Assembly: GCF_001194135.2 (NCBI RefSeq)
Contig: NC_068984.1
Coordinates: 59,880,239 to 59,925,230, forward strand
DNA from: Octopus bimaculoides
Lineage: Eukaryota
Length of the DNA: 44,992 nt
Direction of reading: 5' to 3'
The notes under the pieces are model-generated. The model ran no database searches, was not told the origin of the DNA, and saw only the letters and a program-made list of their open reading frames with translations. Within the stretch, counting starts at the first letter, position 1; the number at the start of each line of letters is the position of its first letter. Below are positions 44,818 through 44,992 of the stretch, one piece after another. Both the position numbers and the translations under genes were made by a program.

Positions 44818-44992
44818 TCATCATCATCATCGTTTAACGTCCGCTTTCCATGCTAGCATGGGTTGGACGATTTGACTGAGGACTGGTGAAACCGGATGGC
44901 AACACCAGGCTCCAGTCTGATTTGGCAGAGTTTCTACAGCTGGATGCCCTTCCTAACGCCAACCACTCAGAGAGTGTAGTGGGTGCTTTTAC
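44818..44992 (-). mobile_element. Young RTE 3' tail (runs off the window)
   Basis: Four differences from 1621-1785 over ~165 nt. Confidence 0.88.

Overview
AT-rich, microsatellite-laden metazoan DNA from a gapped draft assembly (9 N-runs). The repeat families suggest a coleoid cephalopod, probably Octopus (inference from recall, no search run). No intact host gene could be supported. The window is a mosaic of dead or non-autonomous mobile elements: two Penelope-like (PLE) RT/GIY-YIG remnants, RTE-clade LINE fragments and many 5'-truncated RTE 3' tails, a CR1/L2-type RT remnant, a near full-length Tigger/pogo transposon with TIRs and TA TSD, hAT- and piggyBac-type MITEs, at least four modular tRNA-derived SINE families, and many micro/minisatellites. 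Best leads: (1) a hammerhead-ribozyme-like motif with a long stem II on the minus strand at ~14.77-14.89 kb beside a perfect 17-bp hairpin; (2) a PLE with an inverted terminal repeat and decayed hammerhead; (3) a VNTR inside the RTE 3' UTR; (4) modular SINEs carrying an internal microsatellite; (5) close inverted repeat pairs that could form dsRNA. Almost all ORF-track entries are artefacts of N-runs, simple repeats or TE remnants. Repeat boundaries were set by eye and are approximate unless a TSD or TIR is quoted.
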